Of a stretch of DNA of 64,000 nt, positions 51,091 through 64,000 are shown piece after piece; the first letter of the stretch is position 1; every line of letters starts with the position of its first letter. This DNA comes from Mobula hypostoma (taxonomy: Eukaryota). The position numbers were made by a program, and so were the translations under genes. The DNA is taken from contig NC_086097.1 of the NCBI RefSeq assembly GCF_963921235.1, positions 26,228,001 through 26,292,000 of the forward strand, in the 5' to 3' direction. Under the pieces are notes generated by a model that saw nothing but the letters and a program-made list of their open reading frames with translations, did not search any database and was not told where the DNA came from.

Positions 51091-51714
51091 CCAGTATCCT
51101 CTGGTGCCATCCCAATATTTTATTTACATTATTTAAATATGATCTGTTATATATAAGTCACCCTCTATTTTATAGAAGCAACACTAGCTTATCCACTAAT
51201 CCCCATAGTTGCAATCTTCCAGTCTGGGCAACAATACTGTCCATCTCCACTACATCTTCAACAATACAGCCCCATCCCTGTGCTGATACGGTACCCAGAA
51301 CTGTACATGAAGATGTGACCCAAACAGTATTGGGTCCTGTTTGAGCATAACCTCTGTATTCACATCTTTATAGAAGAGGGGCATAGACAGGAGCTGTTAA
51401 AACCAAGAAGGAATAGGCTTAAGATCATAGACGGGAGATTCAAGGAGGATATGACATCATGGGCAGGCAGCTGCTTCACTCAAAAGGTGGTGCCTATTTG
51501 AAATGAGTTGTCAGAAATAGTGGTTGGGGAAGATACATTAGCAACATTTAAAAGCCATCGAGATAAGTACATGGATCGGAGAGGTTAGAGGGCAATGGGC
51601 CAAACTTGGACAGATGGGACTAGTTTGCTGGGCAACAGAGCCAGCATGGCCAAGTTGGGCCAAAAGGCCTGTTTCTATGCTCTAAGACTCTAAAACATGC
51701 TATCTTTTTTTTAA

Positions 51715-51948
51715 ACAAACAAGAGAAAATCTGCAGATTCTGTAAATTCAAGCAACACATACAAAATGCTGGAGGAACTCAGAAGGCCAGGCAGCATCTA
51801 TGAAAAAAAGTACAGTCGACATTTTGTGCCAAGACCCTTCAGCAGTTCGGCAGTTCTGCCGGAGAGTCTCAGATTGAAACGTCATCGACTGTACTTTTTT
51901 CCACAGATGCTCCCTGGCCTGCTGAGTTCCTCCAGCATTTTACGCGTG
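51715..51948. mobile_element. Fold-back Penelope insertion, older subfamily
   Basis: Inverted arms aaaatgctggaggaactcag... / ...ctgagttcctccagcatttt. TSD-like tatc(t)n-aaa at 51701 and 51949. Confidence 0.8.
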
Positions 51949-53969
51949 TATCTTTTTTTAAAATCCCTTCAGCTACTTTTAAGAATCTGTGGGCCAACAC
52001 TTCAAATTTCCCTTGTTTCTCAGCGCCAACTGATAGGCTGCAATTTATTATAAATTCTCCTTAACTGTTGCATCACCCAAATTGCATTTTCTCACAATTC
52101 TATGAATTAAATTCAACTTGCAACTTTTCTGCCCAATAGCTAGATCATTTGGCTCTTTTTGTAGCCTGTGGCTTTCTTCCTCATCACCATCTAAAACACC
52201 AATTCCTCTTTCATTTGTAAACTTCTTTATGATATCCCTGACATTGAAATCTAAACCATTAATATAAGTTGACAGTTTTTCCTTGAAGGCAGTAACTCAG
52301 GCAGGAGTAGAGTCAGTAGGCACTGATGGCAATCTGACAGTTCACGTGGATCTGTTGGCAGACTATTCATTAAGGGCATCAGAATTGAGGATCTAACAAT
52401 ATACTGACCTTGGAGGAAGTGCAGTCTTAATTTGCCAGAAAGGTATCTGATCTCCAAAGGCTAAATTGTATATTCAAATTATGTTTAATACATAAAATGC
52501 CCATATTCGTTGGCATTTAGAAGGTTACAAGCAGTTTGGATTTAGGAAATCAGTTTTATAACTCTTCCACAAATGGCAACTATCCTGGTCATTAAAACAT
52601 GTGGAATAAAAATCGAAAGAGGAAAAGAATTTACTGTTCAGACCCATGAACTTCCTTCTTCATTCAATTAGATCATGGTGGATCTTCAGCCTTGACTTTT
52701 CCCGCCTTCTCCGCATGCTCCTTTATTCCCATTACATCCGGAAATCTACAGATCTCTGTTTTGAAGGCAATCAGTGACCAAGTCTTTGCAGCCCTCTAAT
52801 GAATAAAACTGCAAGAATTCACCAGCCCGTGAGTGAAGAAGTTTCTCCTCATTTTCATTCCGAGCGATTTGCTCCTCATTCTGAGGCAGTGAATCCTAGT
52901 TTGAGACTTCTCACTGCATCTATCCCGACACTAAGTTTTATATATGTCTCATTCTTCCGAACTCAAGAGAAGGATAAAAAGTGGAAACTTCACAGAGAGG
53001 GCTTGGGAGGTTTACCAGGATGTTGCCTAGGTTAGGGAGCAAATCTTATGAGGAGAGGTTGAGCGAGGTAGGTCTTTTCTCTTTGAAGTGAAGGAGGACT
53101 TGATGAGGTGATAAGAAGCATAGATCAAGTGGACTGCCAGAGACTTCTTTCCAAGACGGAAATGGCAAATATGAAGAGACATAGTTTAAAGGTGTTTAAA
53201 GGAAATGATAGAGGGGATATCAGAGATAGGTGTTTTTACACAGAGAGTGGTGAGTGCGTGGACCATGCTGCCAGGGCTGGTGGTAGAGGCAGATACATTA
53301 GGGACATTTAAGAAACTTAATTAGGTACGTGGATGAATGAAAAATAGAGGGCTGTGTGGAAGGGAAGGGTTAGAATGATCATGAATGATCATACAGGTTC
53401 GCACAACATTGATGAGTCGAAGGATCTGCACTGTGCTGCAATGCAATGTTCTACGTTCCACTCAACTTACCTTCACGTGACAAACACACTGCCAGAAATA
53501 AGTGGTGAATCTTCACTACGCTCCCTCTCTATAGGGAAGTTGAAAAACTTGTATACAATAGTCCAGGTACAGTCTCACCATAGCCCAATATAATTGCAAA
53601 ATAAAAACAAAATACTGTATGACAGAAGTACTCAGCAGGTTGGACAGTATCTGTGGAAAGAATTAATCTTTCTTCAAAAGTTTGACCTGAAACAGTAACC
53701 TTTCTTCTCTCCCCACTGGTGGTGGTCGATTCACTGCCCTTACTACTTTTATTTCAGATTTCCAGATTTGCTGCTCTCTAAAAAAAAATTCTGCATAAAT
53801 GCTTTAGGAAATCTTTGTTCCTGAATTTAAACACTCTTTTAATAAAGGTTATCATATCATTTGCTGGTTACTTTTCAGTGATTTACAATCAATAGGTCCT
53901 TTAAACATGGCAGCCAAATGTGATGCTTCATCTATTACCCTGACTGAACTTCATAAGTTGTGCAGGCCA

Positions 53970-54350
53970 GTTAACCTATCGAACTCTGCTTTAAATGTAG
54001 CCAATGACTTGTCCTCCACAGCCAGTGAATCTGTGGCAATGAATTCCATAGATTCACCACCCTCAGGCTAAATAAATTCCTCCCCATTTCTGTTCTAAAG
54101 AGATGTCCTTCTATTCTGAAGCTGTGTCCTTTGGGCTCCTTGGACCCAGACTCCCCCACTATTGGAAACATCCTCTCCACATCCATTCTATCAAGGCCTT
54201 TCAAAATTCGACAGGTTTCAATGATATCTCCCCTCATTCTTCTAAACTCCAGTAAGTACAGGCCCAGAGCCACCAAAAACTCCTCATACGTTAACGCTTT
54301 CGCTTCTGGGATCATTCTTGTGAACCTACTCTACATCCTCTCCATGACAA
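53970..54350 (-). mobile_element. CR1 3' fragment
   Basis: LGLYLLEFRRMRGDIIET...RVVNLWNSLPQ. Confidence 0.8.
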
Positions 54351-54789
54351 AATGTAAAACCATGACAACATTTTTCCAATTTCTTTTGATGTCAAAGTGT
54401 TTGGAAGCTTCCTGCTATCTCTTATTCCTAGTATCATATTTTCCATGTCACCAACACCCTGCATGTAACTAAATATCCAGAACTGCCCATCAGGACTCTA
54501 CACGTAATCAATTAATATTAATGTCACCTGAATTTGTGTATAATTTCATAATTTTTGTCTACAAAAGGGCCTATCAATTTTTTCTTTAGAAATACACTTG
54601 TTATCTCAGGTTATACTCCCCTTCTCATTATTACCATCAAGGAGGAGATAGAGGAGTTTCAAGACCCACACTTAATGTTTTAACAAACAGCTTCTTCCCC
54701 TCCACCATCAAATTTCTGAACAGTCCATAAACCCATGAACACTGTTTTTCTTTTGCACTATTTATTTATTTTATTCTAACTTATTACAG

Positions 54790-55457
54790 GAGGGAGAAGA
54801 TGGTGGCGCGACACAGGGTACGTGGCCTCTCCGATAAAATGATATTGTATTTGTTAAATAGGGGCCGTGCACAATCCGGATTTGATGGAGACGGCCGTGA
54901 GAAGCACAGAGGAACATCTGGAGAACTTCTGAAATGCCTGCTTCGCTGCCGCTGCTACTGTGCGATCGACAATCTCCGGAGGGGAAGGCCCCAAATCCTC
55001 GGCTTTGCCTGTTGCTGGCGGCCGGGGTTGGGAGTTGAAGCACTCGGCAGAGATGGTGCTTGGTGCTGGGGGGCTGATTGGAGGCTTGAAGCTTTCGGAC
55101 GGACTCAGAGTCGGCTGTGGTCGGGTGCTTCCAGGATGCTGCATCGGCAAGTTTGCGGCACTGGAAGCTCATGGCAGGGAGCGTTTTCTTCCTTCTACCA
55201 TCTGCATGAGATGTTGGGACTTTCGAGAGACTTTGAGACATTTTTTACCGTGTCCATGGTCTGTTCTTCTATCAAATTACAGTATTGCTTTGCACTGTTG
55301 TACTTATGTGGTTTTTGTCAGTTTTCAGTCTTGGTCTGTCCTGTGTTTCGGTGATACCACACTGGAGGAACATTGTATCATTTCTTAATGCATGCGTCAC
55401 TAAATGACAATAAAAGAGGACTGTGTGTCCTCAAAATCTAATCTAATAATCTAATCT
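54790..55457 (+). mobile_element. Unclassified CpG-rich non-coding retroposon with (TCTAA)n tail
   Basis: Starts ggagggagaagatggtggcgcg, ends aataaaag...aatctaatctaataatctaatct. Interrupts an older LINE 3' fragment. Confidence 0.6.
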
Positions 55458-56426
55458 ATAATTACTTTTGTGCCTTGCACTGTACTGCTGCCATAGAACA
55501 AATTTCATGGCATATATCAGTGATAGTAAACCAGATTCCGATACTAATTCAAAGTTCAAAGCAAATTTATGATCCAAGTTCATACTGGATATGCCACCAC
55601 ATACTACCTAGAAATTCATTTTCTTGCTGGCAGCAAATTTCATGACATAAATATCAGCACATTCCCTAATACAATGTGAATACATGTTGATAATTATGGA
55701 TTTATGCACAGATTTTCCATATCTGTACTTCTAACTTTATTTTATGTAACTCTTTATTCTTTCTAATTGTTGACTGCTGTTTTTTGTTGATGTAGTGCCA
55801 ACACACTACAGCAAATTCCCAGTCCATACAAATGTATATAGTGGATACCGTTGATCCTTGCTATGTCAGTGATAACAAACCTGCTTCTGATTCTTATTGA
55901 TTTATGGCCTTATTGAGAGTTTCTTTCTTTCTTCTTCCTAAAATATTTTATTCCAAGTTTTTGCACAGAGTTGTCCTGTCAGTGCTAATTAGTATTGTCA
56001 TGCATTTCACAGCTCAGATAAGATCTAAAAAAATAAATGTGACTAGTGGGTTGAGTTCACCAAGCCCAACCCCCACTATTGTATGAATGACTTTGCTTGC
56101 AAGTCCTGTAAATGCACACATGCTATTATTCATCCATCAGCGCCAATGGGAATTTTCAATGAAAGCAGCAGTGATAATGTCAGCATTCAGACCGCACCAA
56201 AAAAAAAGAAATTAATCTGAACAACAAATTCTGTATCAACACCTGTTAATTTTATGTTCAAGCTAAAATCATGTTGAAGTCCATTATAGAGACAATGCAA
56301 GACCTTACATACGCGATTCTGTCAGTTGACAAATAATCTGAAGCAGATGGCACATTCAGGCAAGGGAAAAAAATATCTTTTTATAACTATATTCAATGTC
56401 ACCCACTAAGCAGCGGCAGCAGCAGT

Positions 56427-56466
56427 GTTGCCATGACAACAAAGACTGCCATAGCAACAGTAAACA
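56427..56466. promoter_or_regulatory. Candidate intronic enhancer core: two RFX X-boxes plus a forkhead site
   Basis: GTTGCCATGACAAC (56427-56440), ACTGCCATAGCAAC (56445-56458), GTAAACA (56460-56466), within TE-free sequence. Confidence 0.6.
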
Positions 56467-59400
56467 AGCTTCTGACCACCACTGAACGAACTGAATGGAA
56501 CATCTGCCTTGATAGACCATCCCAGCTGCCCTCCAGCAAAACTACTTAGGGTGCAGTGCCGCCGGATGACAGCACAGCTGACTGCGGTGGCTCGGAACAA
56601 ATGAAGTGAACCATCACCGCTGCCATCCTGACGCCACTTTACTTAAATTCTGACCCTTGGCCGATTTAAATAAATGATCATTCCCACATTGAACTAACGA
56701 CCAGACCACTAATGAGCATTTTTCTTCAGAAGCTAAAACTGTCCAAACTGAAAACCATCTATCTGAAAGAGCGATGCTCATTTATCATTGCTCTATGTGT
56801 TATCAACTCTGCTTTGTGTTTGGATTCAAATAATAACCACTCTTTCACCCAGCAATGGTTTCTTTGTTCACGCACAGTTGTACTATGCAAGTTTGGAGCA
56901 GAAAAGGACATCGGACGAAGTGATCACACACTTTTGTAATTGGTACATTATTTTCAAATGCAGAGTAAAGAAAAACCCTTGCGATACACTGAAGTCCAAA
57001 CTGTGTGTCAAATACTTGAGATATTTTAATGGAGAAGGATTTAGACACAAGTGCATGACAGTTTATTCCTCTAAACCTGCAAGTATTTAGAAATCACATA
57101 TTGCAACTATGCATGGACAAAGAAAGCATTGCTGAATGAAAGAGTGGTTTTTATTACTTGAGACCAAACTACTAGATAAGCTGCCAAAAATCCATGATAC
57201 CTCTTCAAATTGTCTCGCTAACAGGATGAGAAACTAATCCTCATCAACACCACTAGATGGGGCAATATCTTAGTAAAGGAACTATCGTTTGAAGAGAGGC
57301 CAGCTCTGTGCTACAAGGGAGCACCTGTTATTGGCCAATTAATAATCATCAGAAGCATCCAAAATAAAGGATGAGGGCATGTTAACGGTATTTCCTTGAT
57401 ATATCCTGAAGTATCCAGGACTAAGGTGTTTTTGTCCCATTTAAAGCTAGCACCACATGGTAATAGAAGGGTTAGGTTGAAAAGACAACAATATTTCACA
57501 AAAGGGGTAGCTAATGAATTTCTCTCAGATTCAGTTCATTTACTCTCTATGGGATATGGCCTTTTCCATTATTAAGTAGATACAATTTTGTTTCTGCTTT
57601 TCTCTGCCTGATCTTTCCCCCCTCCTTTTTCTGTTTTCTCTAAGATTTCCACCCTCTCTGGTATTCAGTTATTTTTATAAATGTGTTTTCTTTCTTCAAG
57701 GAGTTTCTGTGTTTCCTTCCCCATCTTGTCCACACTTGCAGGCAGCAACAACTAATTGTGAGGTGCAACTTATATGGAGGAGTCAAATGTCACCACACAA
57801 GCCACAATTCTTCACCTGAAATCAACCGGAGAATATGGATCAGATAGACTTTCAACATAGAATATAACAGCACAGTACGGGCCATTTGGCCCACGATGTT
57901 GTGCCAACCTTTTAACCAACTCTAAAATCAATCTAATCCTTCCCTCCTCCATGGCCCCCATTTTTCTATCATCCATGTGCGTATCAAAGAGTTTCTTAAA
58001 TGTCCCAAATGTAACTGCCTATAGCATCACCCCTGGCAGGGTGTTCCATGTATCCATCACTCTCTGACATCATATTTATTGTCATTAACAGATGCTGAGT
58101 TTTAATCTTCACAGCAAAGTTTTTCACAGCATCATTTGCCCTATTAGGTTCCTCAATAGTAATGCAAATAAATGACTGATCTTCCCCACATCGCAAAGAA
58201 ACAGGGTTAAAACAACATGAGTAAGTTTGCAAGTGAAATGAAAATTCATGATGTTGTCGATAGTCAAGAGATATGCATGGGATAATCAGGAGGATATTGA
58301 TCAGATGGTGAGATGACAAATGGAATTAACCCTGATATATGAGAAGAAGTGCATCTAGGGAAGCCAAATAAGGCTAGAGCACAGACAATAAATGTAAGAG
58401 TCAAGGGAGCATGGGGGTGCTAGTACACAATTCCATTGGCACCTGAAAGGAAGATTAAGTAATGAAAACGGCAAACATGATTCTTGCCTTTATTGGCTGG
58501 GGAAGAGAACACATAGGAAGCGAGATGCTGATCCAACTACGCAATAACCGGTGAGGTGACAGGCGGAATACTGTGTGCAGATCTGGCCACCACGTCATTG
58601 GATGGACATGACTACTCTAGAGAAGTTATGGAGGAGAAGCACCAGGAAATTACCTGGATGGAGCGTTTCAATTTTGAGGAGAGACCGGATAGGCTGGGTT
58701 TATTTTCCTTTGAGCAGACATGGCCCAGGCAGGTCCAAATTGAGGTAATGAGGGGCATAGATCAGACATAGGAAGAAACTTTTCCACACAACAGAGGTGT
58801 CTAAAGCCAGAAGGCATAGGATTAAGGCAAGGAATAGGGAATATGAGAAATAATGTTTTTTAACCAGAGTTTTTTAACCTGGAATTTAATGCTTGACCAT
58901 GATAAGGCAGGTATTCACACAACATTTAAGAGTAGTTGAGCACTTAACTCACCAATACACGGAATGTTAAGTAACATGTGCTAGTAAATGGGACTAGTGT
59001 AGAAATGAATTTCAAAGTTCAAAGTGAATTTATTATTAAAGTAAACATATGTCACCAACTATAATCCTGAGATTAATTTTCATGTGAGCATTCACAGTAA
59101 GTACAAGAAACGTAATAGAATCAATGAACATTCAACAGGATGGATAAGCAACCAATGCGCAAAAGGCAACAAACAATCCAAATACAAAAAAAGGAAAAAA
59201 ATGAAATAATAATAATAAATAAATAAATATTGAAAATGAGATGGAGGGTCCTTGAAAGTGAGTCCACAGGTTGAGGGAATAGTTCAGTGATGGGGTAAAT
59301 GTAGTTGAATCTCCTAAATGTCCCTAATGTAGAGTGCCTATAAAAAGCATTCACCACTCCTCCTGGAAGTTTTCATGTTTTATTGTTTTATTGTTATTAT

Positions 59401-60479
59401 TGTTTTACAACATTGAATCACAGTGGATTTAATTTGTCAAAATTTATTACAATTACTAAACACAAAATAATTGAATGCATAATTACTCACCTTCTTCAAG
59501 TCAGTATTTAGTAGATGCACCTTTGGCAGCAATCATAGCCTTGAGTCTGTATGGATGAGTCTCTATCAGTTTTGTACATTTGGACACTGCAAAATTTCCC
59601 CATTCTTCTTTATAAAACTGCTCCAATTGGTCAGATTGCATGGGGATCATGAGTGAACAGCCCTTTTCAAGTCCAGCCACAAATTCTCAATTGGATTCAG
59701 GTCTGGACTCTGACTTGGCCACTCCAGGACATGAACTTTGTTGTTTTAAAGCCATTCCTCTGTAGCTTTGGCTTTATGCTTGGGGTCATTATTTTGGTGG
59801 AAAATATATCTTCTCTGAAGTCGCAGTTCTCTTGCAGACTGCATCAGGTTTTTCTCCAGGATTTCCCTGAGTTTTGCTGCATTCATTTTACTCTCGACCT
59901 TTGCAAGCCTTCCAGGGCCTGTTGCTGTGAAGCATCTCCACAGCATGATGCAGCCACCACCATGCTTCATGGTAGGGATGATGTGTCTTTGATGATATGC
60001 GGTATTTGGCTTACGTCAAACATAGTGTTTAGTCTGATGGCCAAAAAGCTCAATTTTGGTTTCATCAGATCATAAAACCCTTTTTCAGCTGAATTTAGAG
60101 TCTCCCACATGCCTTCTGGAAAACTCTAGCTGAGATTTCATGAGTTTTTTCCCCAATGGTGGCTTTCTCTTTGTCACTCTCTTATAAAGCTGCAACTGGA
60201 AAAGCACCCGGTCAACAGTTGTATGCGCAGTCTCTCCCATCTCAGCCACTGAAGCTTATCCAGAGTTGTCATAGGTCTCTTGGTGGCCTCCCTCACCAGT
60301 CCCCTTCTTGCACAGTCACTCAGTTTTTCAGGACAGCCTGCTCTAGACAGATTTACAGCTGTGTCATATTCTTTCCATTTTTTGACTGACTTAACTGAAT
60401 TCCAAGGGATAGTCAACCAACACACATCAAAGTTGCTGGTGAACGCAGCAGGCCAGGCAGCATCTCTAGGAAGAGGTAC

Positions 60480-60515
60480 AGTCAACGTTTCAGGCCGAGA
60501 CCCTTCGTCAGGACT
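60480..60515 (-). ncRNA. Minimal hammerhead motif, variant with GUU triplet, sense to FOXN3 pre-mRNA
   Basis: Reverse complement AGTCCTGACGAAGGGTCTCGGCCTGAAACGTTGACT. Confidence 0.62.
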
Positions 60516-61127
60516 AACTGAAGGAAAAGTTAGTAAGAGATTTGAAAGTGGGAGGGGGAGGGGGAGATCCAAAATGATAGGAGAAGACAGGAGGAGGAGG
60601 GATGGAGCCACGAGCTGGACAGGTGATTGGCAAAGGGGATATCAGAGGATCATGGGACAGGAGGCCCAGGGAGAAAGACAAGTGGGGGGGGAACCAGGAG
60701 GATGCGCAAGGGGTATAGTCAGAGGGACAGAGGGAGAAAAAGGAGAGTGAGAGAAAGAATGTGTGTGTAAAAATAAATAACGGATGGGGTACGAGGGGGA
60801 GGTGGGGCATTAGCGGAAGTTAGAGAAGTCAATGTTCATGCCAACAGGTTGGAGGCTACCCAGACGGAATATAAGGTGTTGTTCCTCCAACCTGAATGTG
60901 GCTTCATCTTTACAGTAGAGGAGGCCGTGGATAGACACGTCAGAATGGGAATGGGATGTGGAATTAAAATGTGTGGCCACTGGGAGATCCTGCTTTCTCT
61001 GGTGGACAGAGCGTAGATGTCCAGCAAAGCAGTCTCCCAGTCTGCGTTGGCTGGTCTCCCGATGTGGCCTTCTATATATTGGCTCCCCTTCCCACTTTCA
61101 AATCTCTCACTAACTTTTCCTTCAGTT

Positions 61128-61163
61128 AGTCCTGACGAAGGGTCTCGGCCTGAAACGTCGACT
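61128..61163 (+). ncRNA. Minimal hammerhead ribozyme motif
   Basis: Identical to 4081-4116. Confidence 0.72.
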
Positions 61164-61854
61164 GTACCTCTTCCTAGAGATGCTGCCTGGCCTGCTGCGT
61201 TCACCAGCAACTTTGATGTGTGTTGCTTGAATTTCCAGCATCTGCAGAATTCCTGTTGTTTGTCCAAGAGATAGCCAGTGACTTGGATATTTTCTTGTAT
61301 ACATCTCCTGACTTGCGTTTTTCAATAACCTTTTCCTTGCTTGGAGTGTTTTTTTTTGTTTTTGTGGTGTAATTTTTGCCAGGATAATGACTCACCAACA
61401 GTTGGACCTTCTAGATACAGGTGTACACAGGTGATCTCCATTTAACTAATTATGTGACTCCAGTGCACCAGTGATGATTTAGTGTGTCATATTAAAAGGG
61501 GGTGAATACTTACGCAATTATTTTGTGTTTTATATTAGTAATCAAACTAGATCTCTCTGTAGACATCTGTTTTCACTTTGACATGAAAGAGTCTTTTTCT
61601 GTTGATCAGTGTCAAAAAAGCCAAATTAAATCCACTGTGAATCAATGTCGTAAAACAATAAATCATGAAAACTTCCAAGGGGGTTGAATACTTCGTATGA
61701 ACACTGTGCTCCATACACCCACTGCACTCTATATATTAAAAAATTACCTTTGACCTTGCCCCATACGTTCCTCCAATCAGCTTGTAGCAGCAGTCATTGT
61801 AGATGTGCTCAGTGTTGGGGAGGGTTCTTCCTGTGATGGAATGGGCTATATCCA

Positions 61855-62660
61855 CTAATGTTGAAAAATGCATGGTCATGCACTTTGGTAGTAGAAATAA
61901 ATGTGTGAACTATTTTCTAAACAGGGAGAAAATCCAGGAATCTGAGAATCAGAGGGACATGGGAGCTCTTGTGCAGAACACCCTGAAGGTTAACTTGCAG
62001 TTTGAGTCGGTGGTGAGGAAGGCAAATGCCATGTTAGCATTCATTTCAAGAGGTCTGGAATACAAGAGCATGAATGTGATGCTGAGGCTTTATAAGGCAC
62101 TGGTGAGGCTTCACCTTGAGTATTGTGAACAGTTTTGGGCCCCTCATCTTGGAAAAGATGTGCTGGCATTGGAGAGGGTCAGAGGAGGTTCACAAGGATG
62201 ATTCCAGGAATGAAAGGGTTATCATACAAGGAACGTTTGATGACTCTGGGTCTGTACTCACTGGAAATCAGAAGGATGCGGGGGGGGGGGATCTCACTGA
62301 AACCTTTTGAATGTTGAAAGGCCTAGACAGAATAGATGTGGAAAGGATGTTTCCCACAGTGGGAGAATCTAGGACAAGAGGGCACAGCCTCAGGAAAGAG
62401 GGGCGCCCTTTCAAAATGGAGATGCAGAGAAATTTCTTTCGCCAAAGAGTGGTGAATTTGTGGAATTTGTTACCACAGGCAGCTGTGGAGGCCAGATCGT
62501 TGGGTGTATTTAGACAGAGATTGATAGGTTCTTGATTGGACACAGCATCAAAGGTTATGGGGAGAAGGCCGGGAACTGGGGTTGAGGAGGAGGAAAGAAA
62601 AGGATCAGCCATGATTGAATAGCGGAGAAGACTCAATGGGCTGGATGTCTTATGATCTTA
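61855..62660 (+). mobile_element. CR1 3' fragment
   Basis: KCMVMHFG...LYKALVRLHLEYC...QRVVNLWNLLPQ. Confidence 0.85.
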
Positions 62661-64000
62661 TTTTGGAGAAAACACTTATTCTATACTGAACATTACTCGT
62701 GATTTTTCCAATTCCTATAATACATCACAAAACGGTTAAGTAAGTTAAAACTTGTGTATGAAATCTGCTTGGGTAACGCTGTTAAAGTTCACAGAGAATG
62801 TAAACCCATCCCTTGGTGAATGGAATTATACAATGACCTAATGCTAATATCCTTATATTATAATTATAAGGGCATAATTTTTAAGGTGACTGGTGGAAAG
62901 TATGGTGGAGGTGTCAGAGGTAAGTTTTTTAAAGTACAAGTAGTAGTGGGTGCATGGAATGCCCTGCCAAGGATGACGGTAGAGGCAGGTACATTAGGGA
63001 CATTAAGAAAGTGTGATCTAAATGAGTTTGTCTTTTTTTTACAAAATACTGGCATTAGGTTGAGGGCTGGAATACGAATTCAGGTCATGCATTACTGCAA
63101 ACAGTCTAATCCTGGCAGATCATTGGTTTAAATTAATTCACGTGCATTTCGTGTTTTCCTGATTTTAAAAAAGAATCACACTTCATCAACTACATGATTT
63201 TCATGTTTTGTGAAGGTGCTGAGGACATTCCATCAAAAAAGCAAAAAACAGACAGAATCTTGATTGTCTCAGGATGCAATGTCGCATTTCTATAGTTATA
63301 GAATGCAAAAAAAATCTTTCTTCTCTTTTTCATGACGGATCCACCAAGTGGAACAAAACTGTGAGAAGCTGAACTTGCTCATAAATGCGAAATTTCCTAG
63401 CTATCATGCACTGTACTCTCTCTATAGTCAAAACATCTTACTTTGTTTCTTAAAAAGGATCTGGAATCAATAACTTTTATCCCATGAATCTGGTCATACC
63501 AGATTGGATTAATAATCATTTGCATGTTCAGAACATTCGATTTTGTTGCTGTCATGTTTACCTGCACAACCTACAATGAGAAATTAGAACAATGGTCACA
63601 GCCTTAAACTGCAATTACACCTATTGTGCTTACAGCTTGCTGTGTGTGAAAAACACAGTGGGACTCAAGCAGTGGCTATAATCTTCAGTCTAAGTACAGA
63701 GCAAGAGGGCTCGTTGTGGGAGGAGGAGGAGGAAGAGAAACAAGGTGCATTCAAAGCCACAGTTCGAACAAACATAGGACCTACTGTGGTGTAAATATGT
63801 AATATTCACACATTTTTAGGACTTTTTTGCTGCCACTTGTTCCTTACTTTTAGTAGAGAGTATAAAGAAGAATTATATTGAATGATCGATGCAACATAGT
63901 CATAGAGCACTACAGGTCCATCTCGTATGTGCCGACCTGTTATTCTGCCTTGTCACAACCCATGCACTTAGACCATAGACCCCTACACCCCTCCCGTCCA

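Larger units (their letters stand above)
60416..61262. mobile_element. Inverted Penelope pair nested inside the Tc1 transposase gene
   Basis: Minus copy 60416-~61055 and plus copy ~61083-61262. TSD tccaag(g/a)gatag(t/c)ca at 60401-60415 and 61263-61277. Confidence 0.9.
59332..61706 (-). mobile_element. Decayed Tc1-family DNA transposon with long TIRs
   Basis: Transposase remnants [57 protein letters not shown]. TIRs (ta)gagtgcctataaaaagcattcacc... and ...ggttgaatacttcgtatgaacactg, with inner repeats near 59480 and 61500. Confidence 0.9.

Noticed and set aside
54771..55388. Overlapping 98-184 aa ORFs
   Set aside because: Explained by the GC richness of the repeat; no motifs.
28939..61262. 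Orientation bias of ribozyme copies against the FOXN3 sense strand
   Set aside because: Copies occur on both strands in similar numbers; the sample is too small.
46500..64000. Next upstream FOXN3 exon (STSGPPIWPGS...NGALLQ-like) and forkhead exons
   Set aside because: Not found by eye; presumably beyond the window.
1..64000. CRISPR arrays, operons or prokaryotic defence systems
   Set aside because: Spliced vertebrate locus; the repeats are dispersed TEs, not regularly spaced repeat-spacer units.

Overview
Vertebrate nuclear DNA, very likely from a cartilaginous fish (ray or shark). This is inferred from the repeat set: CR1/HER1-type LINEs, tRNA-headed V-domain SINEs and Neptune-type Penelope elements. 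The only host gene I can support is the 3' half of FOXN3 (CHES1) on the minus strand. It has three coding exons (46401-46469, 33522-33630, 27145-27694) that splice in frame through GT-AG introns, then a largely TE-free putative 3' UTR of about 6.8 kb. The forkhead-coding exons lie beyond the right edge. The rest is dense with mostly decayed transposons: CR1, Rex1/Babar-like LINE pieces, SINEs, two Tc1-like elements and a hAT MITE. The most striking non-genic system is a Penelope-like family whose 3' repeat carries a minimal hammerhead ribozyme motif. It repeatedly inserts as TSD-flanked fold-back (inverted) structures, including a 98-bp near-perfect palindrome. Other leads are regulatory: a double RFX X-box plus forkhead cluster in a FOXN3 intron, an intronic stop/poly(A) signal and YCAY cluster after the cassette exon, and a duplicated segment and miRNA seed sites in the 3' UTR. 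Coordinates of decayed repeats are approximate, and all assignments come from reading the sequence without database searches.
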